This document shows, one piece after another, positions 60,085 through 64,000 of a stretch of DNA of 64,000 nt. Where the stretch lies: NCBI RefSeq assembly GCF_009914755.1, contig NC_060937.1. One strand, given 5' to 3'. Position 1 is the first letter of the stretch, and each line of letters opens with the position of its first letter. The DNA is from the human T2T-CHM13v2.0 reference genome, Homo sapiens. Below the pieces are notes generated by a model. That model was not told where the DNA came from. It was given only the letters and a program-made list of their open reading frames with translations, and did not search any database. Position numbers and translations under genes: made by a program.

Positions 60085-60469
60085 TAGTTACTGCAATGTT
60101 ACTGCAGCCACCCAGCAACCACAAGGAAGTGTTCTGCCTGACCTCCAGCCTGACGACAGCCGAGTCCCACTCCCTGCCTATTTCTCTCATGTTTTTCCCT
60201 TCTGACTTCCACCCCCGCGAAGAAGCAATGGAAGAAGCCAACTTTCCCTTGATACATGGCTTCTTGGGCCATGCTATGGACATAGTAGGCACTTAATGAT
60301 CTTAGTTGAATTAAAACTTTGAATTGCATTCTCCTCCCCACAATATATTTAGGCCAGGGTGAAAAATAAACTGTTTAAGCATTGCACATTGCAAGAACTT
60401 GCTTCAAATGTTCACTGAGCATTGTGCTGACTGTGCGAGGTGCTCAGCCCATGTGATTCCTAAACTGGC

Positions 60470-60834
60470 TATTTTGGTTAGGGCTGCTGTAACAAATGGC
60501 CATCAGCAGGGTGGCTTCAACAACAAGCATGTATTCCCACAGTTCTGAAGCCTAGGAAGTCCAAGATGAAAATTTCCACAGATCCCGTGTCTGGTGAGGG
60601 CCTGCTTCCTGGATTGCAGATGGCCATCTTCTCATCGTACCCTCGCATGTTCAGAGAAGAAGGGGAGGAAGCACCCTCTCCGGTGTCTCTTCTTATAAGG
60701 GCATGAATTCCATCACGAGGCCTCTGCCCTCATGACCTAATCATATCCCAAAGACCCTGCCTCCAAATTTCATCATACTGGGGATCAGCGTTTCAGCATA
60801 GGAATTCTGGGAGGACATAGTTCAGTCCACAGCA
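60470..60834 (-). mobile_element. MLT1A/A0 MaLR solo LTR
   Basis: agggctgctgtaacaaat...cacagttctg...gtctggtgagggcctgcttcctgg...tcttcttataagggca...ccctcatgacctaatca...ttcagtccacagca. Confidence 0.9.
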
Positions 60835-63800
60835 CTGACATATGCCTACAAGGTAATTTTTATCATTTTTGTATTGATACTGAAATTGAAGCTTATAGCT
60901 TTAAGCAGCCCATCAGATATAAACTCTCATCTTTATGATTCCAATGTCCATGCCATTTTAATTTGATATACAGAAATTGCCAACTTACTTTATGAAAAGA
61001 CACCTGAAATGATGATGCATGACCATTGTAGGGAGACCTTACGTGAAGTAAGGAAGTCACAAGCCACATGTGTGTCCAAACCACACAACTCCCTATTAAC
61101 TCAAGTTGAAGCACTGGGGCCTGTGTCATCACTAGGTAAACATTACAGTCACCTATTAGGGTACTATGAGCATCATGAACATGAAATATTTAACCTCTCA
61201 GTAGTCCCTCTGCCTCATTTAAGGTTTGTTGACCTTCAGACACTAGAAGCCAACCCGCTTGTAGATAGATTGTTTAAACACAATCTTCTAAATCAATGTG
61301 GACAGACCCTTTAAACACAATCTCCTTAATCAGTAAGTAAGCCCTTTTGTGTTTAGTTGTTTGGATTCTCAGCTGTGGAAAGAGATTGCAGGTGTGTGTT
61401 AATCACTACATTAGGACCATCTGATTGTGCCTGTTCTAATTACATGATATGAAAATCAGCAGAGGCTCAAAAGCATCAATAGCCATGACAGTAGTAACAG
61501 TATTAACAGTCACAATAATACGAAGTCCAAGCCTTCGTGTGGATTAAAGTTACTCTCAGAATGGCTCTCTAATGATTATACTTTGTCAAGAAAATAAAGA
61601 GGTACTATTCTGGGTAATAAAGTACTGAATATTATTCTACATAAGCAAGATTTCAGCTTTTATGTGTGTTTGCAAAATATTTAATGGTGGTATTTTAATT
61701 GCCATCAGACCATAAGGTATGAATTAGGATGTATTATTGAGGCTTCAAACTTATGTTCAGCAATATAATTGGTATGAATTATTACCCTATGTTCAAACAC
61801 TGCCCACTTCTATTGCTTTTTTAAAAAAATTATTTATGAGAGCTCTCTAAAAACCACTATCCAAATGTTTACAATGAGTTAAAATGATTTAAAATGTATT
61901 TCCCAGGATGGAAAAATATATCATCACTATTCTTAAATAGTGGTATCTAATTTAGTTAGAATTATGCTTATATAAATCTGCTCAATAAAAGCAACAACCA
62001 ATTAAAATCTAAGATTTATGAATGGACTTCACAAATAAACATTACACAACTTGGACAAAAGGTATATTATGAATTCCAGAGTCTGAAAGGATGGATGAAC
62101 TTTTGTCAAAATTCTATTGCTGTCAGTTTCCAGCCAGACATCAAACTCAACTCGTATCACAATAAAGGGCATGAGGGTATTAAATAATAACGTTCTTCAA
62201 TAGGACACGTTTCACCCATTGACCGTCACTTGGAACTGCTCATTTTTTCCTAATCATTTAAATGTAGTTTTTGATGAGAAATGAATGGAATTGATTTCTA
62301 TTTCTCATCAGGAAAGTTTCAATAAAAAAGATTCTTAAATTAGCTGGAGGAAAAAAAAACTCTGTTCCAAGTAAACATTTAGTGTAATTTTATTACATTT
62401 TTCAAATTGTTTTTAGCTGCACATAAAAATCCATATAATGAAGACGAAAGCAATTAAATTTCTATTTACTGTGGAATAGTGAGTTCTGTGTGATACTCAT
62501 GGGATCCCAAAACAGTAGCACTGCTTTCAAAAAACTAAAAATATCATCTCCACCCCCATTTTTCTTCCTTTACATCTTATTCATAAGCAATGACTTCATA
62601 AAACAAATTCTACTACCAACGATGTTCTGTGCTGCAAGGCGTCCACGTGAGTTACAAAGATACCCATTAGATAGCAAAAGGTTGTAGCATGCTGAGTTAC
62701 AGACTGGGAAGAATAATCTTTGTAGTTTTTTTCACTTTACCTAAATACTCCAAACCCCTGCGATGTTCTATTATTGTGGTTTCAGTAAGTTTCTCTAAAA
62801 TCCAGGATGCTTTATAAACTTTAAAGATGTTATTTTTCAAAGGGTATGTCTTAATAGGTGCCTATAATTCATCTCTATCACCTGTTCTAATTTCTCAGAT
62901 CATTTTCCAGGCTTTTTGAAATGTGCTTATACTTTAAATATCATTCTTGTGTGCTTCAACATCAGCATAATATAATCTGAATTTTATGTAGTTTACCGGA
63001 TCATTATAATGGCAGAAGAAAATGTTGATGTCCTCTCATAAGAAAATAATTAAAGGTGAATAAATCTATGCATTCATTTCTATTGTTGTTTTATAATAGG
63101 AATGTATCAAATGTGTCTTTTCTTTCCTTTGAATTAGTCATGGGACAGACACCCTGCATATCTGCCAGCTTGCCTTTCCCTGTAGCCCCAGGGAACAAGC
63201 GCTGCTTCAAAGGAAGGCCAGCGAGCCTGCTCAGATGACATTTTCCTGATGTCACCATTTGGCTTCTGAAGTCTAAAGAAAATGAAAGAGAATGAAACTA
63301 TTGATAAATTCCAAGGGAGGGGGGGATCAAAGCTCTAAAGAAAAATGGAATAAAACCAAATTCAATTTGAGTTTTTGATCTTTTAAGATTTCAACAAACA
63401 AAAGGGTTGGAGGGCCATGATCTAAAACAATTAATTGAAAAATGTATACATTCTGTCATATTTGAAGAGAGGTTTTCTTTCCGAACTTAATGTTTATGAT
63501 AAATTGCATTAGACTTTTGTGTGGCAATAAGAAGAGCATAGCCACCCGACCACTCCCTATTATTCTTCATCAATATTATTGTTGAATAAGATAATTACAT
63601 TTAATATCACAAAGCTAGTGTTTTGGACACTTTTTAATACAAATAGGTCATCTATATACACCTGTTTTGTAGGGGAACTAGTTCTTCAGACAATTATAAC
63701 TGCATTTTGTGGTTGGAGAACTATTGTCATTCCCTTGGGCTTAGAAACTGTTACATAAAAGGATGACCGTCTATATTTTTAAAAGCAAGAAAATTTTCCC

Positions 63801-64000
63801 AGCAAAAGAGAAAAAGAGGCCACAAGAAATCCACCGAGTCATGGCCTCGGATGCTCAGGGTGTCAATGGTAAGGAATTAGGAAATCAGAGGTGACACTGT
63901 CTCATTACTGACGTGTTTTTATCCCGTACCAAGAACTCTTATTTTTCAGCCTCAGAAGGAAAGGCAAACCCTACAAAGACATAATACTTGCTGCCCACAG

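Overview
Primate (human-like) genomic DNA, AT-rich and repeat-dense, not microbial. It holds the 3' end of a + strand gene that I recognise as MYO16 (myosin XVI / NYAP3). Three coding exons (16273-16431, 30932-31023, 58004-58231) join through canonical GT-AG sites in compatible phases and encode a low-complexity tail ending ...[33 protein letters not shown] ~1.15 kb 3' UTR with AATAAA at 59373 follows. The rest is intron or downstream DNA containing about 11 Alu insertions, old L1M/L2/MIR relics, two MER20 hAT elements, MaLR/ERVL solo LTRs (MLT1, MLT2A, MER74-like) and microsatellites. Nearly all ORFs in the supplied track are repeat-derived or chance. I found no evidence for a new multi-gene system. 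The most unusual direct observation is an 89-bp copy of the unique twin-priming inversion junction of a local L1PB element, pasted 2.1 kb downstream into a MIR. Others are a last-exon acceptor that regenerates the upstream donor after splicing, and an antisense Alu with a gained GT donor (candidate poison exon). Repeat subfamily names come from recalled consensus sequences, not from a RepeatMasker run, and boundaries of old repeats are approximate.
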